Assembly (NCBI GenBank): GCA_964428835.1
Contig: CAYRZQ010000021.1
Coordinates: forward strand, 135-64,134
Source: an uncultured Comamonadaceae bacterium
GTDB lineage: Bacteria > Bacteroidota > Bacteroidia > Flavobacteriales_D > Sanyastnellaceae
Direction: 5' to 3'
Length of the DNA: 64,000 bases
The notes beneath the pieces were generated by a model. That model was not told the origin of the DNA. It was given only the letters and a program-made list of their open reading frames with translations, and made no database searches. Positions 20,345-31,100 of the stretch are shown here, piece after piece; position 1 is the stretch's first letter; every line of letters begins with the position of its first letter. The translations under genes were made by a program, and so were the position numbers.

Positions 20345-21565
20345 CTAACGATGTTTTTTGAGGGTGCGATAGGCAAGATATCCGCTCACCAAAGTTAAAA
20401 TTCCGCCTAAAAAGAAAGCAGCACCCGGAAAGTACAAGAATGCCGTTGACTTTGTAAAGTAGGCGAATATGGATGTCATAATTAGTGGTCCTATAATACT
20501 TGTGATGCTTATCAGACTTGTGAGTGCACCCTGCAACTCTCCTTGCTGGTTGTCGGGTACTTGTGAAGACATGATGCCTTGCAGCGCCGGTCCAGATATT
20601 CCTCCCAGACAATAGGGTATTAGAAATACAAACATCATCCACCCCGCGTTGGCAAAGGAGAATAGAAAGAAGCCGATGGCGTATAGGATTATTCCCACAT
20701 AGACCGAGCGCTCCGCTCCAAGCCGGGGATTGATGACACGAATGAGCAATCCCTGAACAATCGACACCAGGATACCGACAACCGCCAGAGAATAGCCAAC
20801 TTCTTTTTCACTCCACTGAAAACGCTCAATAGTAAAGAAAGACCAGGTGCTTTGAGTGGCATGCGAAGCGATGTAAATGACTATCAAACTTGCTACGAGT
20901 CCAAGTATTACAGGGAATTTAGCTATGCTTGAAAATGCATTAAACGGGTTGACTTTGGTGATATTAAACTTTCTACGCTTTTCCGCGGGAAGGGATTCGG
21001 GGAGAATAAAAAAGCCAAAGAGCCAATTGAGGAGCGTGAGAATTGCGGCACCAATGAAAGGAACGCGTGTTCCAAACTGACCGAGCCATCCACCCAGGAA
21101 AGGTCCAATGATGAAGCCGAGTCCAAAAGCTGCTCCAATGAGACCAAAGTTTTGAGCTCTTTTTTCAGGCGCACTGATATCTGCAATGTAGGCACTGGCA
21201 GTGGTAAAGCTTGCGCCCATTATGCCCGCAATGATCCGGCCTACAAAAAGCCAGGTGAGAGAAGGAGCAAAAGCCATTAGAATATAATCTAGCCCAAATC
21301 CGAAAAGTGAAATAAGCAGGATAGGCCTTCTTCCGTAGTGATCGCTGAGATTGCCCAAGAATGGAGAGAAGATGAACTGCATCACGCTAAACGCAGCAAT
21401 TAGTAATCCACCCATTAGTGCTGCATTACTCATATCACCACCTCCAACTTCTACGATCAGTTTTGGAAGCACAGGGATAATAATTCCAATACCAATGACA
21501 TCGATGAGTAGCGTAATGAAAATAAAGGTTAGAGCAGCATTATAATTGCGGGTCATAGTGGACAT
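20345..21565 (-). CDS. MFS transporter, TCR/Tet (tetracycline-efflux-like) family
   Basis: 12-TM-like profile with [11 protein letters not shown] (MFS motif A). The start is set at ATG 21565 because the longer ORF would overlap the upstream gene and its terminator. Confidence 0.85.
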   Translation of the reverse strand: MSTMTRNYNAALTFIFITLLIDVIGIGIIIPVLPKLIVEVGGGDMSNAALMGGLLIAAFSVMQFIFSPFLGNLSDHYGRRPILLISLFGFGLDYILMAFAPSLTWLFVGRIIAGIMGASFTTASAYIADISAPEKRAQNFGLIGAAFGLGFIIGPFLGGWLGQFGTRVPFIGAAILTLLNWLFGFFILPESLPAEKRRKFNITKVNPFNAFSSIAKFPVILGLVASLIVIYIASHATQSTWSFFTIERFQWSEKEVGYSLAVVGILVSIVQGLLIRVINPRLGAERSVYVGIILYAIGFFLFSFANAGWMMFVFLIPYCLGGISGPALQGIMSSQVPDNQQGELQGALTSLISITSIIGPLIMTSIFAYFTKSTAFLYFPGAAFFLGGILTLVSGYLAYRTLKKHR

Positions 21566-21599
21566 AAAATAAAGAGGGCAAAGGTAAACCTTCGCCCTC
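21566..21599 (-). terminator. rho-independent terminator of the Zn-peptidase gene
   Basis: On the minus strand, GAGGGCGAAGG-UUUA-CCUUUGCCCUC (11 bp, one G-U) is followed by UUUAUUUUAU. Confidence 0.7.
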
Positions 21600-21626
21600 A
21601 AGATATCAGGTAAATTATTGGTTAAA

Positions 21627-22313
21627 TCAATCTCTTCTTCGTCCGCCCATGTAGAGCATGATGAGGTAGAGGAGTTGTGCAATAGCAGCAAGGGCAGCTA
21701 CTACATAAGTCAAAGCCGCCCACTTGAGAGCATCTTTGGCTTCGTCATATTCGGATGACACAGCGATATTGCGATCTTTAATCCAGACCAAAGCACGACG
21801 GCTGGCGTCGAATTCAACGGGAAGTGTCACAATAGTGAATAGGGTTAAAGCTGCCTGAGCGATAATCGCCAACAGAAGCAAAGTAGGGAAACGCGACATC
21901 AAAAGAATCGCAGCCATGAGTAACCAAGGCATGATACCGCTTGCTGCGCTCACTACTGGAACAATCGCGCTTCGAAAGTTGAGCCAGGCATAGGCAGTAG
22001 CGTGCTGAACGGCGTGACCCACTTCGTGAGCAGAAACGGCAGCTGCAGCTGCGCTACGGCCGTGATATACGTCGCGACTTAGGTTAACAGTTTTATTAAC
22101 TGGATTGTAATGGTCTGTCAAGGTGCCTTCCACACTAATTACTTTAACATCATAAATCCCGTGATCAGAGAGCATACGCTCTGCAATTTCCTTTCCGCTC
22201 AAACCACTTCCGAGCGTAGACTTGCTATACTTTTCAAATTTAGATTTCAGACGGTATTGAACAAACCAGCCAAGAGCTGCGAACGCAATACCGATTAAAT
22301 AAAGGGCCATCAT
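21627..22313 (-). CDS. zinc metallopeptidase (Zn_peptidase_2 / YpfJ-unrelated membrane HExxH family)
   Basis: 228 aa with [10 protein letters not shown] (HExxH) and flanking TM helices. Confidence 0.8.
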   Translation of the reverse strand: MMALYLIGIAFAALGWFVQYRLKSKFEKYSKSTLGSGLSGKEIAERMLSDHGIYDVKVISVEGTLTDHYNPVNKTVNLSRDVYHGRSAAAAAVSAHEVGHAVQHATAYAWLNFRSAIVPVVSAASGIMPWLLMAAILLMSRFPTLLLLAIIAQAALTLFTIVTLPVEFDASRRALVWIKDRNIAVSSEYDEAKDALKWAALTYVVAALAAIAQLLYLIMLYMGGRRRD

Positions 22314-22330
22314 TTTACTAAAACTTTTTT

Positions 22331-22338
22331 ACAAAGTT
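22331..22338 (-). promoter_or_regulatory. candidate -7 box (TAACTTTG on the minus strand) for the Zn-peptidase gene
   Basis: A TAnnTTTG match about 18 nt upstream of the ATG at 22313. Confidence 0.3.
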
Positions 22339-22400
22339 AGGGGCATAGATGCCTTCACACAATGATAAACTTTGCTTGCTTTAGTTAAAGCCTCTTAAAA

Positions 22401-23033
22401 TTAAAGATTGTCGTAGTGATATATAGGATCGATTGGAGTATCGGCCTCAAGCTCAAATATTGGATTGATAATACCATCATTTAATCCATATACCCATCCG
22501 TGCAAATGAGGGCGGTGCTCATCTTTCCAGGCCTTTTGGACAATAGTTGTCTTAGCTAGATTCCATACTTGTTCTATCACATTGAGTTCTACCAATCGGT
22601 CAGCTCTTTTCTCTTCGTCTTCAATGGCATCGAGTTCGGTCTGATGGATGCGGTACACGTCTTTAATGTTGCGCAGCCACTTATTGATGATTCCAAAACT
22701 ATGATGCCCCATTGCGGCTTTTACACCACCACAACCGTAATGGCCGCAGACGATGATATGCTTAACCTTCAAAACCTCAACGGAATATTGAAGCACGCTC
22801 AATAAGTTCAAATCAGTGTGTACGACGAGATTAGCAATATTTCTTTGAACGAAAATTTCACCAGGCTGTGTATTTGTAATCTGATCTGCAGGCACACGAC
22901 TATCGGAGCATCCAATCCATAAAAATTCTGGGGTTTGAATTTTGGATAATCTAGAGAAATACTCAGGGTCGTGTTCTTTTTTTTCCTGAGCCCAGGCTTT
23001 ATTTTCTAATAATAATCGTTGGTATATTTTCAT
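22401..23033 (-). CDS. beta-class carbonic anhydrase
   Basis: 210 aa with [10 protein letters not shown] and [12 protein letters not shown] (Zn ligands C, H, C). Confidence 0.9.
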   Translation of the reverse strand: MKIYQRLLLENKAWAQEKKEHDPEYFSRLSKIQTPEFLWIGCSDSRVPADQITNTQPGEIFVQRNIANLVVHTDLNLLSVLQYSVEVLKVKHIIVCGHYGCGGVKAAMGHHSFGIINKWLRNIKDVYRIHQTELDAIEDEEKRADRLVELNVIEQVWNLAKTTIVQKAWKDEHRPHLHGWVYGLNDGIINPIFELEADTPIDPIYHYDNL

Positions 23034-23039
23034 TTGATT

Positions 23040-24584
23040 TTATCCTTTTGATTTTTCTGGAAATGATATGTTTACGTCAATGTTTCTAAATGAGCATTGC
23101 TTTTCAAAATCCAGTATTAGTTCTTTAATGTCGCTATCTACAAAGTCTGCTTTCGAAATATCAATAAATACAAGCGAGCCGTTTTGTATCGTTGCGAGTG
23201 CTGATTTCAATTTAGGCTTGTTCAAGAATGAAGCATTGCCTCTAAATCGGATTAGATATTTCTTATCATCAACGATAAATGTCATGGAGTTTTTGAAATT
23301 AGACTTAATGACGAAGATTAATCCTGTTGCTATTCCAATCATAATTCCGATGAGCAAATCGGTTAATAAAATTGCTGCTATGGTGACTATGAATGGAATG
23401 ATTTGGTTTTTCCCCTTGTCATAAAACTCTTTGAAAATGGCGGGCTTCGTGAGTTTATATCCTACAAGTATAAGAATTGCTGCAAGGGAGCTGAGTGGAA
23501 TCTTATTGAGAAATTCGGGCACGAAATAGACGCAAAAAAGCAATAATATTCCATGCAAAATTGCCGATAATTTAGTCTTGGCACCTGCGCTCACATTTGC
23601 CGAACTGCGAACTATGACTGCGGTAACAGGAAGTCCACCGATTCCACCAGAAATAATATTCCCGACGCCTTGCGCGATCAGCTCACGATTTGGGGGAGTG
23701 AATCGCTTCATGGGGTCAATTTTATCAGCAGCTTCAATACTCAATAGGGATTCAAGACTGGCCACAATTGCTAAGGTGAGAATGATTTTAATCTGGCTCA
23801 AACTTAGAATATGAGAAAAGTCGGGAAAGGAAAAGAAAGATCCAAACTCTTTGAGGTTGTCGGCAATAGGTATGTTTACCAAATGATTGGTGGCAAGGCG
23901 GTGTGCAGGCATGTTGATATTAACCCATTCACTAATGCTTATACCAACCAGCACTACTACAAGAGATCCGGGAATGACAGACAGTATTTTGTTTTTCTTG
24001 AAATAAGGGATGTCCCAAAGTAAAAGAATAGCAATTGAAATAAATCCTATAATTGCGGCAAGCGGAGTGGGATCTGTGATTGCAGTGATGATTTCAGTGA
24101 ATGTATTTTGGCCATCCGATTGAATGAACTCCTCATCACCTTCTGGTACTGCGTCGTCACCGAAGAAGTGAGGCACTTGTTTTAATATCAAAATAAGCCC
24201 TATCGCGGCTAGCATACCTTTGATTACCGAGGCAGGAATATATTCTCCAATGATACCTGCTTTGATAAAGCCCAGAGCAAGTTGAATAAAGCCAGCCACC
24301 ACAATTGCTGCAAGGAAAACCTCGTAAGATGGGCTGCCATTGATCGCTCCTGCCACAATCACGGTGAGACCAGCTGCTGGTCCGCTAACGCTTACGTGTG
24401 ATCCACTTAAAAATCCGACGATAATACCTCCTACGATACCGGCTATAATTCCTGAAAAGGGTTGCGCTTCTGAGGCTACGGCAACTCCAAGGCACAATGG
24501 AAGCGCCACCAAAAAAACAACAATAGAAGCCGAGATATCCGATCCCGCGTTGGATAGAATATTTACAAAAGATTTTTTAGACAT
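23040..24584 (-). CDS. SulP family inorganic anion transporter with C-terminal STAS domain
   Basis: 514 aa, multi-TM, with GLTVIVAGAI and NRELIAQGVGNIISGGIGGLPVTAVIVRSSANV. The C-terminal soluble STAS-like segment contains LIRFRGNASFLN. Confidence 0.9.
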   Translation of the reverse strand: MSKKSFVNILSNAGSDISASIVVFLVALPLCLGVAVASEAQPFSGIIAGIVGGIIVGFLSGSHVSVSGPAAGLTVIVAGAINGSPSYEVFLAAIVVAGFIQLALGFIKAGIIGEYIPASVIKGMLAAIGLILILKQVPHFFGDDAVPEGDEEFIQSDGQNTFTEIITAITDPTPLAAIIGFISIAILLLWDIPYFKKNKILSVIPGSLVVVLVGISISEWVNINMPAHRLATNHLVNIPIADNLKEFGSFFSFPDFSHILSLSQIKIILTLAIVASLESLLSIEAADKIDPMKRFTPPNRELIAQGVGNIISGGIGGLPVTAVIVRSSANVSAGAKTKLSAILHGILLLFCVYFVPEFLNKIPLSSLAAILILVGYKLTKPAIFKEFYDKGKNQIIPFIVTIAAILLTDLLIGIMIGIATGLIFVIKSNFKNSMTFIVDDKKYLIRFRGNASFLNKPKLKSALATIQNGSLVFIDISKADFVDSDIKELILDFEKQCSFRNIDVNISFPEKSKG

Positions 24585-24681
24585 AATAAGTAGTAGATGC
24601 GAAGCTAATCATTTCTTTAGATTTCTAATTGGATTTGAACTTTCTTAGTAATTTTTTTGTTTCAGCAAAAACACGTTAAGG

Positions 24682-25251
24682 ATGAAATCAATCTTTTTAG
24701 CAATAGGGATGGGCGTACTTTCATTGTTTGCCCGCTTCCGCTCGGGCGATAAGACAGAATTAATTATGAATACGAAAACAACGAATTTTTATGAGTTCCA
24801 AATCGATGGTTTGGAAGGTGGGAAGATTAACATGGCAGATTACAAAGGGAAGTATATTCTCTGCGTAAATGTGGCCAGTAAATGTGGCTTCACGCCACAA
24901 TACAAGGGGCTTCAAGAGTTGTATGAAAAATTTGGAAATAAATTAGTTGTGATTGGTTTCCCTTGCAATCAGTTCTTAGGGCAGGAGCCAGGTAGCAATG
25001 ATGAGATTGCAGACTTTTGCGAACGCAACTATGGAGTTAAGTTTCCTATTTCTACAAAAATCGATGTGAAGGGAAAGAATCAACACGCTATTTATACTTG
25101 GCTTACTTCAAAGGAGCTGAATGGTGTTGAGGACTCCAATGTTCTTTGGAATTTTCATAAGTATTTAATCGGTCCTGACGGTAAGCTGCTCAAAGGATTT
25201 TCATCGAAGGTAGAGCCGATGAGCTCGGAGATTACTTCTTTAATTAAATAG
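24682..25251 (+). CDS. glutathione peroxidase (Cys-type)
   Basis: Contains LCVNVASKCGFTPQY, GFPCNQFLGQEPG and WNFHKYLI. The start is uncertain; an alternative ATG lies at 24766. Confidence 0.85.
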   Translation: MKSIFLAIGMGVLSLFARFRSGDKTELIMNTKTTNFYEFQIDGLEGGKINMADYKGKYILCVNVASKCGFTPQYKGLQELYEKFGNKLVVIGFPCNQFLGQEPGSNDEIADFCERNYGVKFPISTKIDVKGKNQHAIYTWLTSKELNGVEDSNVLWNFHKYLIGPDGKLLKGFSSKVEPMSSEITSLIK

Positions 25252-25292
25252 TGGCTTTAATATTGATTGCGTCGAAGTATTAACTTCGCCCC

Positions 25293-26621
25293 ATGATAAG
25301 ACTTTTACTTCTTTTTCTTATTGGTGGTTTGCTCTTTTTGGGTTGTACAGGTCCTCGCACCATGATGAAAGAGGCTGCAACCTTAGAGCAAGGTGGTCTG
25401 ACCGTGAAGGCTTTTGAGAAGTACAATGAGATTTACAAAAAGTCTGGTAAGGCGGAAGCCTTGGTGGGGATGCGTCGAATCGCCCAGCGTGATTTAAACG
25501 CCCTATATCAAATTGCTCAAACGGAGTGTATGAGGGGTAATTTTGACCAAGCCTTAGACAGTTATGATGAGGTCTATCAATATCATAAAGAATACGCTTC
25601 ACTCCAGCTTGATTTACCCGCAGGTATAGAAACTCAAAGAGCTACATGTCGCACTGATTATGTCAATTCACTATATGATCGAGCCGAGCTAGCCGTCAAG
25701 GAGGAGCGCTATGAAGAAGCGCAAGAGCTAATTCGAAAGCTAAGGTCTATCGATCGCAACAACAAGAAAGCGGAATACCTAGATTTATTGAGTAGGATTT
25801 ATCCCAACTACAATAAAGGTGTGAAAGCGATGGAGCTGCAATATTGGAGAGAAGGCTACGACTACTTTAATGAAGTAGTGCAATTGGATGCAGGCTTTAA
25901 AGATGCCTTGGATCGCATGAACGAATGTTTGCGAAAAGCAAAATTCTCCATTGCCTATGTCCCTGTACAAAAGAAGAATGTTGATAACAGCATCGAGAGA
26001 GCTCTAAGTGGAGCTATTAAGCAAGAGATTTTACAATTGAAAAGTCCTTTCATTGAGCTTGTAGAACGGGAGCACATGGAGGCATTGATCGGAGAGCAAA
26101 TGACGAGTATGACTGCGGCGTTTGATGAGGAAAAGGTTATCGAAGCAGGCAAGCTAATAGGTGCTCGTTACATCATAACGGGCGAATTGGTTACCTACGA
26201 CCATAAAGTAGCACCACAACGATCATTCGAAAGAAAGGCTTACCTCGGTCCCTCAATCAATTCAAAAAAGGTAAAATACACTGAGTATCGTCTGGGAAGG
26301 GGAGTAGATGCATCATTTAAATTTCAGATTTTGGACGCTGAAACCGGTAAAGTCTTCGCGACCGAAATTGTGCCTTACTCCGATAGAGATAACGTAGTCT
26401 GGTCTGATTTCGAAGGAGATTACACCAAGCTTTATCCAGGCGAATGGAAATGGCAGTTGGTGTCAAGCAAAGAAGACGTGGTTAATGTGAAGGATAGAGA
26501 ACGTTTGATGTCTGAGTTCACCGGAAGAAAAGGGCCTGTCAGCGAAGCGGAGCTTGTCAATCGGATGATTGATGTGTTTTCTTCACGTGTTGGAAAGGCC
26601 GTCAGGAATTTCAAGCCCTGA
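25293..26621 (+). CDS. lipoprotein with TPR-like N-terminal half and CsgG/LpoB-like C-terminal half
   Basis: Lipobox LLFLGC. The helical repeats are rich in Y/A/L. The C-terminal part has EALIGEQM...EAGKLIGARYIITGELVTYD, the pattern seen in CsgG/LpoB-type lipoproteins. Confidence 0.45.
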   Translation: MIRLLLLFLIGGLLFLGCTGPRTMMKEAATLEQGGLTVKAFEKYNEIYKKSGKAEALVGMRRIAQRDLNALYQIAQTECMRGNFDQALDSYDEVYQYHKEYASLQLDLPAGIETQRATCRTDYVNSLYDRAELAVKEERYEEAQELIRKLRSIDRNNKKAEYLDLLSRIYPNYNKGVKAMELQYWREGYDYFNEVVQLDAGFKDALDRMNECLRKAKFSIAYVPVQKKNVDNSIERALSGAIKQEILQLKSPFIELVEREHMEALIGEQMTSMTAAFDEEKVIEAGKLIGARYIITGELVTYDHKVAPQRSFERKAYLGPSINSKKVKYTEYRLGRGVDASFKFQILDAETGKVFATEIVPYSDRDNVVWSDFEGDYTKLYPGEWKWQLVSSKEDVVNVKDRERLMSEFTGRKGPVSEAELVNRMIDVFSSRVGKAVRNFKP

Positions 26622-27186
26622 CAGCGTTGTCAAAAAGCAAGATTTTCAAAAGCAAATCATCATGATTGTCGTTGTTCCAAATGTGGTGGGCATATTTGCT
26701 TCTCTCCAAGTCGCTCATTTGTGCGTTGATTCTTTTTGAAACCTCTTCTTGATTTAAGTTGTCGCGCCTCATGACCCTTTCTATGCGCATTGATGTTGGA
26801 GCAGCTATAACTATAATTTGATCGCAGTCTTTATAAGTTCCACTTTCGATTAAAATGGCTGCTTCACGAATGATGTAGGGAGCTTGTTGCTGTTGCTTCC
26901 AGATTTTGTATCGATCAGCGACGCGGGGGTGTATGAGTTGATTAATAAAACTTCTATTGGATTCGGACTCGAACAAAAAGGTTCGCATTCTTTCTTTATT
27001 CAAAACATCATTCTTATAAATATCAACACCGATTTTATCCACAAGTAGGTTTTTGATGTCAGAATCATTGTAAACATCTTTTGCGACGATATCTGCGTAG
27101 AATACAGGAACTCCAAGCAGCTCGAAGACTTTAGCAACGGTAGATTTACCGCTTCCAATTCCACCTGTGAGTCCAACTGTTATCAA
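26611..27186 (-). CDS. coaE: dephospho-CoA kinase
   Basis: 191 aa with a TTG start and VGLTGGIGSGKSTVAKVFELLGVPVFYAD (P-loop). Confidence 0.9.
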   Translation of the reverse strand: MITVGLTGGIGSGKSTVAKVFELLGVPVFYADIVAKDVYNDSDIKNLLVDKIGVDIYKNDVLNKERMRTFLFESESNRSFINQLIHPRVADRYKIWKQQQQAPYIIREAAILIESGTYKDCDQIIVIAAPTSMRIERVMRRDNLNQEEVSKRINAQMSDLERSKYAHHIWNNDNHDDLLLKILLFDNAVRA

Positions 27187-27242
27187 ATCAATGAAGAATA
27201 ATATTTAACGACTAATTACTTTTGCTCAAAAATAGACATTCC

Positions 27243-27890
27243 ATGCCAATCGTATCTCCTTCTGTTTTAAGTGCAGACTTTGCCAATCTCCAAAGAGATG
27301 TTGAAATGATCAATAATTCACAAGCTGATTGGTTTCATGTAGATGTAATGGATGGAGTTTTTGTTCCCAATATTAGCTTCGGACTTCCTGTGGTGAAGGC
27401 AATAAAAAAATATGCAACCAAACCTTTGGATGTGCACCTCATGATTGTTGAGCCAGATAAATATGTAAATGCATTTCGAGACGCAGGTGCCGATTTTTTA
27501 ACGGTGCATTTGGAAGCCTGCACGCATTTACACCGAACGCTGCAGTCTATCAAGAGCGCAGGAATGAAGGCTGGGGTTGCTATAAATCCTCATACTCCTG
27601 TGCAATTATTGGAAGATGTCATCAATGATTTAGATCTTGTGTTGGTGATGTCGGTGAACCCTGGCTTTGGAGGCCAGTCATTTATTGAGCGAACTTATTC
27701 CAAGTTGAAGTACCTAAAAGAAATCATTGCAGAAAACAATGCTGATTGTTTGGTAGAGGTAGATGGTGGTGTTTCCGGAGACAATGCGACTAAATTGGTC
27801 AAAGCTGGAGCAGATGCATTAGTAGCAGGAAACTTTGTTTTTGCTCATCCTTTACCCGAAGAGGCTATTATTCAGCTGAAAAATGCGTAA
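27243..27890 (+). CDS. rpe: ribulose-phosphate 3-epimerase
   Basis: MPIVSPSVLSADF, HVDVMDGVFVPN, MSVNPGFGGQSF and VDGGV. The start is set at ATG 27243. Confidence 0.9.
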   Translation: MPIVSPSVLSADFANLQRDVEMINNSQADWFHVDVMDGVFVPNISFGLPVVKAIKKYATKPLDVHLMIVEPDKYVNAFRDAGADFLTVHLEACTHLHRTLQSIKSAGMKAGVAINPHTPVQLLEDVINDLDLVLVMSVNPGFGGQSFIERTYSKLKYLKEIIAENNADCLVEVDGGVSGDNATKLVKAGADALVAGNFVFAHPLPEEAIIQLKNA

Positions 27891-28014
27891 GTGGTTGTCC
27901 ATACCTTATTATAAGCATCCCATACCAGAAAAAAAATATTCCATTCCAATAGTTTGGTTTTGAGTTGTTTAGCTCTTTTTGAGGTTAACTTATGAACAAT
28001 TCTCTGTCTATTAA

Positions 28015-28047
28015 TTTGGTTTTTTGGACAATGAAGTGCTACATTTG
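28015..28047 (+). promoter_or_regulatory. candidate Bacteroidota promoter of the giant adhesin gene (-33 TTTG, 21-nt spacer, -7 TACATTTG)
   Basis: TTTG at 28015-28018 and TACATTTG at 28040-28047. A 7-bp hairpin (gtcgaaa/tttcgac, 28051-28074) follows in the leader. Confidence 0.4.
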
Positions 28048-28111
28048 TACGTCGAAAGTGTAAAAAGTTTCGACGACCTACAAATCTAACATTTAACCAA
28101 ACTTTAAACAG

Positions 28112-31100
28112 ATGAGTAATTTCTACTTTTCTAAGGGTAGTTCAGCTGTCACGAAATTCTTCGTGTTTTCTTCAATCGTAATCTTAGCCTTGTTTTCTGG
28201 AGTTGACCAATTTGTGTCAGCTGGTACAGGTGAGGAGACTTTTTCAGAAAGTACATGTAACAACGTGACCAATGGCGGAACCATTGGAAACAGCCAAAGC
28301 GGTTGTGCTCCATTTAATCCTGGCGCCATTTCCAATGTTACCTCTCCTTCTGGAGGTTCGGGTACCATAGAGTACATGTGGCTATATAAAAATAGCAGCA
28401 CTGGAAATAATTTCTGGCAAGTGTCAGGAGCTTCATCAGCTACTTATGATCCGCCATCGCTCACAGAGACGACGACGTATTTACGTTGTTCTCGCAGAGC
28501 GGGTTGTTCTAACTGGGATGGTGAGTCAAATGAAATTACAATCACCGTAACCAATTGCAATCCGACTCTTCCAGAGGCGTTGAACTGTACAGGTCAGTGG
28601 CAGTGGCAACCAACGCTTTCTTTGAATGGTTGTGATATCAATGCACAAGTTAGATTTGTAGACGGTGGTACATTCGCAATCAATCTTCCAGCAGAATTAG
28701 CAAACAATAGTGTGAGCATTTCTAATGTTCGCACTTCTTCGTTTGATGGCTATTGCTCTCGCGCTACAGTGAGTCAGCCAAACGAACAGTGGAAGATAGT
28801 TTTCTTTAAAAACGGTTCTGTTGTCGGGCAAACAGGCTATACAACAGACATCGCTGATAACGTTATCCAAAACACACGTTTCGATAACTTCGGTCCATTC
28901 ACTTTCCCGAATGGTATTGACCAAATCAAATTGGTTCACTTCGAAGACCCAACTTTCGGAAACGGTTCAGCAAGCACGCCTAACTCTGTTGTTCCTTCAG
29001 GCGTTTGCTTTACATATACAACAACACCAATTTGTAATAACACCACAAATGGCGGAAGTATCGGAAGCAATCAAACAGGTTGTTCACCATTTGATCCTGC
29101 CAACATTGTAAACATGGCGTGGCCAACAGGTGGTAGTGGTAATATTCAATATATGTGGATTTACAGAGCAGCTTCTACCAACAACGTTTGGACTGAAGTT
29201 CCAGGCGCTAATGCTGCTTCTTACAATCCAGGTCCTCTTACAGAAACTACGATGTTCCGTCGCTGCTCACGCAGAGAAGGTTGTAGCGCTTGGGATGCAG
29301 AAAGTAATATTGTTACAATAACTGTAAACAATTGCTGCAGCAATATCACCAATGGTGGAACTATTGGATACGACCAAGCTGGCTGTGCTCCTTATGATCC
29401 AGCTCCATTCGTGAGCATCACTGCACCATCAGGTGGTAGCGGTACAATTCAATATGTGTGGATCTATAAGAATGCTTCTACAAACTGGCAGTTCCAAGAG
29501 CTTCCAAACTCAGCGGGTTCAACTTATGATTCAGGAGCTCTTACTGAAACAACTGTATTCAGAAGATGCTCTAGAAGAAGCGGATGTACCTCATGGGATG
29601 GTGAATCAAATGACATCACCATTACTATTAATGGCAACTGCACAGCAGAAGAGGTTTGTGAACTTACAGGTTACGATTCTCCAAATGGTCGAATTTTCTG
29701 GATTCCAAACTATGGAACAGACTTTAGATCATCACCATCGAACCCTCTTCAAATTGCTAAATTTTCCAATGGTACCGCTCATATTTATGGTACAATTGAA
29801 AGAATCAGCAACGCGAACCAAAAGTTTGTAGTTAGTCTTTGGTTTGAACAGCGCAGCACATACGCCCAGTGGATTGCAATGGGCTTGCAGGCTCACAGCC
29901 CAAATCTTGGTGATGAGTCAACATGGACTTACTACAAGTGGTCTACTTCATTGCCAAATACTTTAGTTGGTCAAGGCTCTCTAGCGGGTACTACGCTTTA
30001 TTTGAGCAATCAAGATCCATCATATGGATTGCAATTGGGTAATGGAGCAAATGCTCTTAACACCAATGCAAACGGTATTAGCAACTGGTTTAGCTATACT
30101 GGTACCACTAGCGGTCACGGTGACTTGAACGGTACATACGAGTGTGCTGAACCAGAGATTTGTGACCTTCGTGGCTATGAGTCTCCTAATGGTCGTATCT
30201 TCTGGATTCCAAATTATGGTGTAGACTTTAGATCTTCGGCTTCTAATCCTATGAAGATTGCAAAGTATCCAAATGGTACAGCAAGAATCTATGGTACAAT
30301 CGAGCGCATTAGTAATCCAAACCAAAAGTTCGAAGTTAGTCTTTGGTTTGAACAGAAGAGCACTTATGCTCAATGGATTGCTATGGGACTTCAAGCCCAC
30401 AGCCCAGAATTAGGTGACGAAACCACATGGACATATTATAAGTGGTCCACTACGTTGTCAAACACGCTTATTGGTCAAGGCGCTCTTGCAGGAACTACAC
30501 TTTATTTGACCAATCAAAACCCAGCTTATGGACTTCAATTGGGTGATGGAGCGAATTCGTTGAATACAAATGCTAACGGTATCAGCAATTGGTTTAGCTA
30601 TACTGGTACAACCAGCGGACATGGTGATTTGAATGGTACTTATGTATGCGTTGAGCCATGTGCTGAAACTTGTGAAGTTGACAATACTCCTCCAACTCCA
30701 AACAACTTAACTCCATCAATCACTCTCAACTGTGGTCAGCAATATCCAAACGTAACATTCAGTGACAACTGTTCTGATGTTTCTGTGAGCTATGATGAGT
30801 ATGATGCATTGAAAATATGTGAATTGGCATTTGGACCTACATATACCAATTCAAACATTTGGTTCCATGGAACTCCAGCTCCTTACAACAAGTACCACCG
30901 TTGGGCTGATGGAAGAGTGGTACTATTTGAAGACGGTACTGCAAAATGGATTGGTCGTGCGGTGAATATTTCTGACCCTAACTCGGGTTGGATTGTAGAA
31001 ATTTTCTTCGAAGAATTGGTTGATTGGAACACTTGGTCAGCGAACGGTGGATATAACCCTGGCGACTCTCAACGTTTCAATCGCTTGTATGCAGAAGTAG

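Noticed and set aside
21566-21691. N-terminal 42-codon extension of the MFS ORF as given in the track.
   Set aside because: The extension overlaps the 3' end of the Zn-peptidase gene and runs through its terminator hairpin. The MFS-like sequence begins at the internal ATG at 21565 or 21556.
27951-28103. 9-bp inverted repeat (agtttggtt / aaccaaact) flanking the putative promoter of the giant gene, considered as a possible invertible promoter.
   Set aside because: Nine bp is within chance expectation for a 200-bp AT-rich spacer, the repeat arms do not extend, and no recombinase gene is nearby.
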